The notes beneath the pieces were generated by a model that made no database searches, had not been told where the DNA came from, and saw nothing but the letters and a program-made list of their open reading frames with translations. Of a stretch of DNA of 64,000 nucleotides, positions 44,206 to 53,480 are shown piece by piece. The stretch comes from an uncultured virus (IMG/VR IMGVR_UViG_3300010233_002389) (Duplodnaviria; Heunggongvirae; Uroviricota; Caudoviricetes): IMG/VR virus record IMGVR_UViG_3300010233_002389; one strand, written 5' to 3'. Each line of letters starts with the position of its first letter. Position 1 is the stretch's first letter. The translations under genes were made by a program, and so were the position numbers.

Positions 44206-44510
44206 TGTATAAAATAAAGAAAGTATTAGATAGAGTATAGAGACAGGCTAGAGGCATAAATGTACTTTGATACAAACATTGACTGGAATCGTAAAGTATT
44301 AGATAGCGAAGCTCATGATATTGATTCAATAGAAGAGTTAGAAGAATACATTCGCGTTTTACGTGCCAAAGGAGAAAGGCTCTTTAATAAAAAAGAAGAA
44401 TCAATAGTCACTGTAAAAGAAGAAGCGCCACAAGAAGAGTCTGTACAACTAGAATTTCCTGTGGTAACATCATACTACTAATCTTGTGATATATGATTTA
44501 GAAAAGGTAA

Positions 44511-44561
44511 ATGAAAATGTTTGCGTAGCTATATAATATAATCCGTGGTCCGCCACTCTGA
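44511..44561 (+). promoter_or_regulatory. leader peptide MKMFA(TAG)LYNIIRGPPL
   Basis: AAGG RBS-like element; in-frame TAG at 44526; RGPP at 44544-44555; TGA at 44559. Confidence 0.6.
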
Positions 44562-44618
44562 AACTAATTTAATCAAATTTATTGTTAACTAGTTTTTAAA
44601 GAAGGGTTGGTTTGTTAC

Positions 44619-45053
44619 ATGGATACATTAATTGAATATTATAAGAAGAATGATTTTCACCGGCTGCGTGCTCTAGTAAAGGGCTATGGAGCCGAAGGAG
44701 TTACTATTCACAAAGCTATTTGGAGATCGAAGGGGCAGAAGAAAGCCTCATTGCGATACCGAAAGCAAGTGGTTGGTAACTGGGCTAGAAGCTGTTATCT
44801 TGCGTACGGGTTAGTGCGCGGAATTCCATATAAAAATGTAGAGAAGCATTGCGGCGAGCACAATAAGCCATATGCGGATAGTATTTACAACGTACTAAAA
44901 AGCGTTGGCGAAAACTCCTACTATAAAGAATGGAATATCGAAAAAATACAGGCTTGGCTTAATGACGAGAAGTATATAGAAAAGCCAGCCAAAGAGATTC
45001 CACCCAAAGAAGAGCCAAAGAAAGAATCCTGGCTCAAGAGGATATTCCAATGA
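44619..45053 (+). CDS. hypothetical basic protein (LAYGLVRGIPY motif)
   Basis: GAAGGG RBS; its stop overlaps the ATG at 45050. Confidence 0.7.
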   Translation: MDTLIEYYKKNDFHRLRALVKGYGAEGVTIHKAIWRSKGQKKASLRYRKQVVGNWARSCYLAYGLVRGIPYKNVEKHCGEHNKPYADSIYNVLKSVGENSYYKEWNIEKIQAWLNDEKYIEKPAKEIPPKEEPKKESWLKRIFQ

Positions 45054-45391
45054 CGTAGTTACAAGAAGGCGATAAGCTTTATGTAATCGTACGTTCCGAC
45101 ATTACAAAAGGCTACATGTTGGCTCAGAGCTGCCATTGTGCCATTCAATTTTTTATGGAACATACAGAGCTAGCCACTGAATGGTATAACAAATCAAATT
45201 ATATTGCGGTGCTAGAAATAAAGAATGAACCAGCGATTCATGAATTATTAGAAAAGGCGTCGAGCAAGCAAATTCGATTCTCCATTTTCAGGGAGCCAGA
45301 TATTAATGACGAAATAACTGCGATTGTGTTGGAACCTGGCGACAAGAGCAGAAAATTATGTGCTAATTTACCTTTGGCATTGAAAGAATAA
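45050..45391 (+). CDS. Pth2-like peptidyl-tRNA hydrolase with in-frame TAG at codon 3
   Basis: GAGGA RBS; ATG ACG TAG then LQEGDKLYVIVRSDITKGYMLAQSCH...FREPDI..EITAI; the Pth2-like N-terminal strand lies upstream of ATG 45116. Confidence 0.75.
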
Positions 45392-45396
45392 AATAT

Positions 45397-46040
45397 ATGA
45401 TATATACAGGTATGTATGGTCCTCAAATATTGTCTGGATTCACTGGTCCACAAGGAATTATAAAAGAAGAAAGTATTAATGGTAAGCCATACGAGTTGGT
45501 CAACAAATTGGGAGAAATAAGAGACGCGCTACCTGTCATTGAAGGGATGCATAACTTAATTGCAAAAAAGCTAATACTTACAATTGCAATAAATTCAGGC
45601 AATCGCAGCAATATACTCAATAGACATACTGAAGATTTTAAAGAAGAACTTGAAAGATATTCAAATTATATTTTGAGATTACAACAAGAACTTACATCAT
45701 TAATTAATATATTAGCGATGGGCGAGATTATAAAGTAATAGGAGAAGTATTAGATATGACAAATGGACAGGCATCAGCACAGGGAATTGATATGGCAAGT
45801 GAATCTGGTTCTTGGGCATTTCGCCAAAAAGTAGATATTACAATAATGAGACTTGAAGCACTTAGAATATATAATGAATTAATATTAAGGAAATTACAAT
45901 TAATTCGTTCTAATAAAAATAAGGATGTCACCGAAGAAGCATTAGAAGAATTTAACAGATATATTACATATGCAATTAAGGCAAAAGATGAATTTAATTC
46001 TGCTATTAATGAAGCAACTATGTTAGATGTATTGAAATAA
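45397..46040 (+). CDS. two helical proteins with MxxIL-like C-termini (45397-45738, 45756-46040)
   Basis: similar helical bodies (EEL/F.RY..Y); ends MGEIIK and MLDVLK. Confidence 0.65.
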
Positions 46041-46058
46041 AAACTTGAAAGGGTTTCA

Positions 46059-46181
46059 GACCGTCAATCCTTAACCGATCCAGCTGAATGGGTTCCGCCT
46101 GATGAAGACAAAGTTGATGTTAAACGTAGCGCGGCGGACGGCACAAAACGAGTTCACAGCATCGTGTACTTTAGGACGGTC
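46059..46181 (+). ncRNA. putative structured RNA upstream of a tRNA
   Basis: GC-rich intergenic segment; GACCGTC/GACGGTC closing stem; TCCGCC/GGCGGA internal stem. Confidence 0.45.
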
Positions 46182-46188
46182 AATTTAA

Positions 46189-46262
46189 GTGCTTATAGCT
46201 CAATGGTAGAGCGGGAAAATTCTAACTTTTATCGGTTGGTGGTTCAAGTCCACTTAAGCACA
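46189..46262 (+). tRNA. probable amber suppressor tRNA(CTA); alternative Arg(TCT)
   Basis: GTGCTTA/TAAGCAC; AAAA-TTCTAAC-TTTT gives a canonical U32-U33-CUA-A37 loop; the TCT register needs A32 and an A-C closing pair. Confidence 0.6.
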
Positions 46263-46379
46263 CTTTTTGTTTTTGACGATCAATATAACGCTTAATTGCA
46301 GTCCCACTTACACCAAATATTCTTCCCAATTCTTCATAACTGTGATTTTTGGTTAGTTCAATAAGTTTATAGGGCACAA

Positions 46380-47576
46380 ATGGTGAAAAGAATACCGTCA
46401 ATAATTATTACTGTCAAATCATTAGATACAATTGTAAATATTACTAATAAAGGGCACACTTGGCAGCTAGAAGAAGATTTGTATATTTGTTCTAAAACAA
46501 AAGATACAGTTACCGGTGCAGAATGTAAAGTATGTGGGTGTTATGCTGATTATTTCTTTAATGATAAAGGATATTGGGTCGCCGCATTTTCAAATGCAAC
46601 AATACTTACATGTAACGAATATTTGCTAAAAGAAGTTCTGCATTAATGCCAATTGTAAAAATAACCCATGAACATAATTGGGAAAAAATTGAAAACAGTA
46701 ATAGCCCAAAATTTTTTACCCACAGATGTAAAAACTGTGGTTTGCCAGGTATACAAAAAGCTAAGGGTATGTTCACTGGAGCACATCGTCTGGCATCTAT
46801 CTCTTGTAGCACATATGTAATGGAACAAATATTAAAATAAATGGACTATAGTCATTTTTATGAACTTACCATTACAGGTATTGGTCACGATTGGAATAAA
46901 ATAAGTGACCCATTTATACATACACACGTATGTAAAAAATGTGGTATTTATGCCGTTTATCAATCTGGTAAAATGAAATGTGACAGATACCAAGGTTACA
47001 ACAAAACATGTGATGAAATAATAATGAAAGATATACTAAAGTAAATATGATATATAATATTGGTTTTAGGGCGATGGATCATTATGAGCGCGTGAATGAT
47101 AAAGGTCATGATTGGGAAATGGAAAAAGGGGCGAAATATGAAGACGGTCGCTACATTTACTTTGACAATTATAAAATAGAAGACGTTGCTTACGTATATG
47201 TCACTTGCAAAACGTGTGGATTACTAGCAGAATATTTTACGGATGATAACTCGTATATTACATGTTACTCTGTAAAAGGAGATACACGTATGTGTAAGGA
47301 CCGTCTAATGGCAGATATATTAACGTGAACATTTGGACAGAAGAAATTAAAGAACAACATGAATGGGAAAAAGCAGTTATAAACCAAGAGTCTTCATATG
47401 TTGTGGAGCCATATAGTCATATTTGTAAAATGTGTAAATTAGAAGCTTCCCCACATTTTAACTTTAGTAAAATAGATAAAAATAGAATGATGACAAGCGG
47501 TGGCATCTTTGACGATTGGGACCAGCCATGTGCTATAAGAAGAAACACGATGATAATGAAGGATGTACTAAAGTAA
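46380..47576 (+). CDS. array of five HxW/CxxC tagged proteins (46380-46646, 46646-46840, 46841-47044, 47047-47328, 47325-47576)
   Basis: H-x-W, CKxC, C-terminal C...[ML]-x-x-[IV]-L. Confidence 0.8.
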
Positions 47577-47581
47577 AATTT

Positions 47582-47652
47582 GCGCCCATAGCTCAAAGGA
47601 AGAGCAGCGTTCTCTAAAAATGCGGTTGAGATGTCGGAATTCTCTGGGCGCG
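47582..47652 (+). tRNA. amber suppressor tRNA(CTA)
   Basis: GCGCCCA/TGGGCGC+G73; GCTC/GAGC; GCGTT-CTCTAAA-AATGC; T-arm GAGAT-GTCGGAA-TTCTC. Confidence 0.8.
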
Positions 47653-47654
47653 CA

Positions 47655-48306
47655 ATGGTATTACCTTATATTATAATAGCAGAAGATAAAGAACATCAAT
47701 TCATTCCAAATGGTCCGCAAATTCAAATGCAGGAAGCAAATTATATTTGTTCAAAATGTCATTTGAGAGTAGTTGTAGGGTCAGATGAGCAATATCGTTA
47801 TGAAGAGTTGTGGCGTAATGAGGATTGGAAATTAACTTGTAATGAATTGTTGATGCGCGATATACTAAAATGAAAGATAATTGGGGAAAACTTAGATGGG
47901 CGGACATCACAAATAAAGGACATGCGTTCGTTATTGAAGAACCAACTTCAGAAGGCGGCTGTAATCATTGGGCTCATTGTACAACCTGTGGATTATGTGA
48001 TGCTGAGTACCATCCCAAAGAAAAAAAGTATTTCGTATCAACATCTACCGATGAAGATGACCCTTGCGGTGAAATATTAATGAGAAGTGTACTAAAATGA
48101 ATACATATTATATGTCTGACAAAGAACATAGCTGGGAAGAAGACCCCACTGAACCAAATTCGTCAGATGATATTGTATTTTTAGTTAAATGTAAAGTATG
48201 TGGAGTTTGCGCAACTTATGACGTTTCAGACCATGAATATTATTCTTATGACGCTCACTTAGATCTTAAATGTAAAGACCGATTATTATCAGATATATTA
48301 TTATAA
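47655..48306 (+). CDS. three CxxC tagged proteins (47655-47873, 47870-48100, 48097-48306)
   Basis: [DN]K[EG]H-x-[FW], CxxC, ends C.E..MR..LK or CKDRLLSDILL. Confidence 0.8.
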
Positions 48307-48316
48307 AAGGAATCAA

Positions 48317-48880
48317 ATGGACCAATAGCTTCAACTCATTTCAGATATGCAATCATGTAACCAATCGTCCAATCAAACGATTTATGAACATGGTATTGCC
48401 GTTCGCGATAAACTCTTCGAACTTATTAACTCGCAAAACCTAAGCCAATGGCGTATCCCAAATTGGTTCAATGAACATAAAGATAAGCTTTTTAGTAATT
48501 TGTATGATTGGGAAATATTAGAAACGTATACTACATTTCATGATTGCGGAAAACCTTATTGCAGAACTGTAGATGAGAATGGGAAACAACACTTTCCCAA
48601 TCATGCAAATACATCTGCCGATAAGTGGCTTGAAGTCGATGGGTCGAATATCATTGCAAATCTGATTCGAAATGATATGATGGTCCATACAATGAAATCC
48701 TCCGATATAGAGGAATTCTGTAAGGACCCAAAGATGGCGTGCAGTTTACTTTTAACGGCACTTGCAGAAATCCACGCGAACAGTATACTGTTCGGAGGTA
48801 TTGAGTCGGTAAGCTTCAAAATAAAGTGGAAGCAAATTGATAAGATAGGGAAGAAGATTTGTAGCACTATAGTGGTATAA
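48317..48880 (+). CDS. HD-domain phosphohydrolase with in-frame TAG at codon 4
   Basis: AAGGA RBS; ATG GAC CAA TAG CTT in frame with ORF 48347; EHG...FHDCGKP...HFPNHA. Confidence 0.7.
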
Positions 48881-48892
48881 TAATTGTAACTT

Positions 48893-48966
48893 CGGGGTGT
48901 AGCTCAGCTTGATAGAGCGATCGGTTTGGGTCCGATAGGTCGCTGGTTTGATTCCAGTCACCCCGA
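48893..48966 (+). tRNA. tRNA-Pro(TGG)
   Basis: CGGGGTG/CACCCCG; ATCGG-TTTGGGT-CCGAT. Confidence 0.9.
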
Positions 48967-49952
48967 CAAATTAAACAATGTTAAGTTCAGAAGACAAAGC
49001 ATACCTTGACGGTATAAAAGAAGCAGCTATCGCAATTGCCAAAGCAAATGAATTAAGCTGTGCATTGGCATACCATTTATCTGCGCAGTTGTGGTCCTTG
49101 TGGTGGAAGAGATATGAGGTAGGCAATGGACGCGAACAAGCTCAAGAAGTTGAACGACATCAATTACCAAATACCTAAGACATGCGGAATATGCAAACAT
49201 GGTACATTTCCTAAGAATGAATGGGGAACCTGCAATGTCATTACCTATGACCATGAAAAGCATTCCGATTCAAAGCGCCAGCTAAGCATCTACAAAGGTG
49301 GCAAGTGCGCTAACAAGTTTGAACTAGACCAAGCCAAAGCCTTTGCATTGGGCGGATTTATAGAACTAATAAAGTGATGGATGAAGATTTATACAAATTC
49401 CGCCTGAGGCATATGAATATATGTTAATGGAATTAAGACGTCGAGAGGCATCTCTTTCGTGCATTTAATTGGGCATGATAACAATAAAAGAATTAGAGCA
49501 TATAGCTACCTTCGCTAAAACAATTACTGTTAGTTTAGCTACTTTTGCAGTGACAGTAATGGAAGACCCCGATGAAGCTGCTAGGGTGAGATTTATCCCC
49601 TCTACAGACTGCACCTTATTAGCTCAAGGTATATATGGTTCAATTGGCGCTTGTAAAGTCGTAGTAGATACACAAGTACCAGACGGTGAAATAAGAATCA
49701 AATGAAACAAACATTATTATTGGTTGCATTAACATTAACTAGCTGCTATACTTGTCCTGCCAACACTGGCTTTAGTACGAATTGTGCATCGGAAAACACG
49801 GTTCCTTCGCAAACAGATCAATTTGATCCTCATTGGGTAGATAACCAAAGCGATAATCAAATTGAAACAAATTATTGTTCAAAAATGTTATTAACAGAAG
49901 ATGCACGAGCCAGACTAATATTAGAGATTAAGAAACGCAAATTGCATCCGCT

Positions 49953-50216
49953 ATGCGAAAAAGAATTCCATTAACCATAACAAGTATAGAATATCCAGAC
50001 CAAAATATGTACCATGGTTGGATGGATATTGCCAGATTCCTTTATCCAGTATCAGATAAAGAACATGTCCTTTCTGAAGCTACGGGTAATAGATATGAAA
50101 AATGTAAAGCGTGTGGTATTCCATGTATATTTTTAGGAGATGTAATATATACAAATGATGCATTAGCAATTGATTTAAATTGTAATCAGGTAATTATGAG
50201 GAATATATTCAAGTAA
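49953..50216 (+). CDS. CxxC tagged protein
   Basis: DKEH, CKACG, ends LNCNQVIMRNIFK; start may be 50007. Confidence 0.7.
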   Translation: MRKRIPLTITSIEYPDQNMYHGWMDIARFLYPVSDKEHVLSEATGNRYEKCKACGIPCIFLGDVIYTNDALAIDLNCNQVIMRNIFK

Positions 50217-50223
50217 GATTAAT

Positions 50224-50297
50224 GGTGTTTATAGCTTAATTGGTAAAGCATCTGACTATGAATCAGAAAGTCGGGAGTTCGAATCTCCTTAAACACC
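50224..50297 (+). tRNA. tRNA-His(ATG)
   Basis: encoded G-1 and C73; TCTGA-CTATGAA-TCAGA; TTCGAAT. Confidence 0.85.
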
Positions 50298-50299
50298 CT

Positions 50300-50370
50300 G
50301 TGGCTATGGTGTAGCGGAAGCACAGTAGATTGTGGATCTATTAGTGATGGTTCAACTCCATCTAGTCACC
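50300..50370 (+). tRNA. tRNA-His(GTG)
   Basis: GTGGCTA/TAGTCAC+C73; GTAGA-TTGTGGA-TCTAT; no genomic G-1. Confidence 0.85.
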
Positions 50371-50773
50371 CATCGGAGTAAGTTTATGGAAAAATATCCT
50401 CTTAAATCTAAAATATTTAAATTAGGACACGAAATGCCATCTAATGAATCATTTCCATTGGATGACTATATGAATAAATTTATTATTATTAATTCTGAAA
50501 TAATGCAAACAGTTCATACCCATCCAGAATGTACAAATTGGCAGGTTGGTTTTGAAAGCCAATCTCTGGAAGATGATTATGGCGATGAATATAATATCAC
50601 TAAAATATACTTAAGTGCCACTCGTGAAATGAATGAATCGGAAAAGAAAGAATTTAACGATAAACAAAAGTTTTTGGAAGAGTGTGAAGAGGTCTTCAAG
50701 AAGACGAAAAGGAAGATGAAGCGTCAAGAAGCAAAGCAACGCGCAAATATAAAGCAAGCGGTCCTAAATAATA

Positions 50774-51088
50774 ATGGCGCCAAAAACGATTAAAGAATTA
50801 CTAGCTGCTCCTCCCGCTCCCTGCCCATTATGTAATCGTCCCAATCATTATCCTAGCGATCATCATTTAATACCTCGGAGTCGTGGCGGAAAAGAAACTC
50901 TAACGATTTGTCGAGACTGCCATGACGTTGTTCATGCTTTCTTTAGTAACAAGCAATTAGAATCAGATTATACTTCAGTCGAGGCTTTATTGGCTGATAA
51001 TAAATTTGAAAAAGCGATTGCGTGGCTATCAAAGCAAGACCCAACAAGACGAACTAAAACAAAGCAATCAAAGGACCGTAATGGATAA
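50774..51088 (+). CDS. small HNH-like protein
   Basis: CPLC..HHLIPRSRGG...ICRDCH..VH. Confidence 0.75.
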   Translation: MAPKTIKELLAAPPAPCPLCNRPNHYPSDHHLIPRSRGGKETLTICRDCHDVVHAFFSNKQLESDYTSVEALLADNKFEKAIAWLSKQDPTRRTKTKQSKDRNG

Positions 51089-51756
51089 AGAAACTGCATA
51101 TACAAAATACGATGGCGAATATTGTGAGAAATGTGAAAAAACATTAAATTGTTTTGGTCCTCATACTCATTGCCCCAAATGTGGTTCTCCTCCTAATCAA
51201 CATGAATTAAGGAATTATAGTATGATGTGGCATGAGGGAGATATAGTTTGTTTAAATTGTGAGACATATGTGAGAGGATATGACGCAGGGTGATAAGATG
51301 ATTACAAACGAACGTATAACCGAAATATTAACTAAAGACCCATTAGAAGTTATTCCAACACTATTAGAAGGATCTAATGCAACAAGCTTGAAAGACCAAC
51401 AGTTATGGCTACACACTCACATAGAACAACATGACCTTCTAAAAATATATACAACTTTAGTTACATTTTTATCATCCATCAATCAGTTCCCAGACGGAAC
51501 ACCTGAGTGTGAAAAAGCAGATGCTCTATGCGATATGTTAGACCCTCTTTGGTATGCAATGACAGATGCCACACTTAATGAGCTTAGAAATCAAGAAGAA
51601 GTAAAAGCTCTATTTGAAAAGAATGAAAAGGCAATAGAAGATATAAAGCAGATGATGCTAAAGTTAGCAGTTGCTCCTGAAATAAAGAAGATGCTGTCAT
51701 AAAAATAATTTTAGGACACAGCCCAGATAATCTACTAATAATAGTACCTTCCTTAT

Positions 51757-52461
51757 ATGAAAGAAAAACATAAAGAAGTTATAGATATTTATTTAGAAAC
51801 CAAGAGTATAAGGAAAACTGCAAAAATAACAGGGTACTCAAAAACTGGTGTAAGTTATGTACTTGAATTGCATAAAATAAAATCTTTCCCTCGGAATAGA
51901 AAAGGAAAAGAAAACTCCATAAGAAAATCAATGGAGTTATTAGGACCAAATCATCCACGTAACTTAGTTAGAAATAAAACATGGATGACAGAGCTTTATA
52001 TTAAACAAAAACTATCTATTACACAAATTGCTAAATCGCTTGGTGTTGCGGCAACAACAGTTATAACTGGATTGTCACAATGTAAAATACCATTACGAAC
52101 AAAATCTGAGGCGCTAAAAGGTAAGCCGAAGTTAAATATAAGAGGTGCAAACAGCGTTCATTGGCGTGGGGGACTTTCAGGATGGAGAAAATTAGCGCGT
52201 TGTAGATTAAACCAAGTATTTGTCCGCCCAATAATGGAGAGAGATAATTTTCAATGTACTTGGTGCCATTCAAAACAAAAAATCGTAGTTCATCATCACA
52301 GACGTAGATTTATGGAAATAGTAAATAAAGTAAGATTAATTGTAGATGAAAATAATATATTAGATTTTATAGACGCCATTGTTAAAGAACATTCTTTAGA
52401 TGATGGAATTACGTTATGTAAAATATGTCACGATAAATTTCATAAGGAAAACGGCAAATGA
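51757..52461 (+). CDS. HTH + HNH endonuclease
   Basis: HWRGG, ERDNFQCTWC, VVHH, GITLCKICHDKFH. Confidence 0.8.
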   Translation: MKEKHKEVIDIYLETKSIRKTAKITGYSKTGVSYVLELHKIKSFPRNRKGKENSIRKSMELLGPNHPRNLVRNKTWMTELYIKQKLSITQIAKSLGVAATTVITGLSQCKIPLRTKSEALKGKPKLNIRGANSVHWRGGLSGWRKLARCRLNQVFVRPIMERDNFQCTWCHSKQKIVVHHHRRRFMEIVNKVRLIVDENNILDFIDAIVKEHSLDDGITLCKICHDKFHKENGK

Positions 52462-52922
52462 TTATAGCATTCACTGGTCATCGTAACTTATACGGATATG
52501 ACTTATCCTCTCCGGCGTACGATTCACTTCGCGCAGAGATAATTAAGCTCTTACAAGAACATAAACCAGAAAAATGTATTTCTGGCATGGCGCTTGGCGT
52601 TGATCAATTAGCAGCAGAAATCTGTGCAAGTTTAGGCATCCCCTTCATCGCCGCTGTTCCTTTTAAAGGACAAGAAGGCGTTTGGAATCAAGAATCAAAA
52701 GATAAGTACGCGGAATTATTGGGCAAAGCAGCCGAGGTAGTTATTGTATGTGAAGGAGGTTATGCTCCCTGGAAAATGCAAAAGCGTAATGAATACATGT
52801 GCGACAACGCAGATGCCATCATCGCCGTTTGGAACGGAAGCTATGGCGGAACTGGTAATTGCGTTAATTATGCAGAACAAATAAAGAAGCCAATTTATAG
52901 AATTAATCCTGACGAGCTATAA
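52458..52922 (+). CDS. YspA/SLOG family protein
   Basis: AFTGHR, SGMALGVDQ, KRNEYM, GGTGNCV.YA. Confidence 0.85.
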   Translation: MIIAFTGHRNLYGYDLSSPAYDSLRAEIIKLLQEHKPEKCISGMALGVDQLAAEICASLGIPFIAAVPFKGQEGVWNQESKDKYAELLGKAAEVVIVCEGGYAPWKMQKRNEYMCDNADAIIAVWNGSYGGTGNCVNYAEQIKKPIYRINPDEL

Positions 52923-53362
52923 ATATGTGGGAAGGATGGACAATGACTGATCCTACATTGGCAACTGAGCATGTATGGACTACAGTGGCTGGTACAAATG
53001 TTCCAATGTGCTCGAATTGTCATGCTATTCAAAAACCATTTAATGCAAACCATCCAATATGGAATTGGGATGAGGAACCTACCTGCGAACTCTTTACCAT
53101 CAATGTAAATAAAAGATTCGAAAAAATAACTGCCGAAAACGAATATGAAAAACAAGAATATTTTAAACAATATGAACCAGATAATTATTACTGGATAATG
53201 GAAAATGAACATATTTATATTGCTTATCTTGAAGATGATGGTGAATTTATTGTAGGAGATTACCCGATTCCTCACGAGCGGGTAAAAGTTTTAGATAAAA
53301 TAGAAAAACATCCATTATTATTAATGAAAGAAGTATTAGAATAACAATTGTCGAGAGAATAT

Positions 53363-53434
53363 GCCGCTATAGCCTAATGGAGAGGCACCACGGTCCTAAC
53401 GTGACTTATATAGGTTCGAATCCTATTAGCGGTA
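53363..53434 (+). tRNA. tRNA-Arg(CCT)
   Basis: GCCGCTA/TAGCGGT; CACG-GTCCTAA-CGTG; TTCGAAT. Confidence 0.8.
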
Positions 53435-53480
53435 CAAGCGTTCACATTAATTCAGAAATAAAACAATAATAAGGAAAATA

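Noticed and set aside
46092..46139. Canonical hammerhead ribozyme
   Set aside because: CUGAUGA is present, but the GAAA and UH core positions are not
46189..47652. Pyrrolysine system
   Set aside because: No pylS/B/C/D in the window, and the tRNA bodies are not tRNA-Pyl-like
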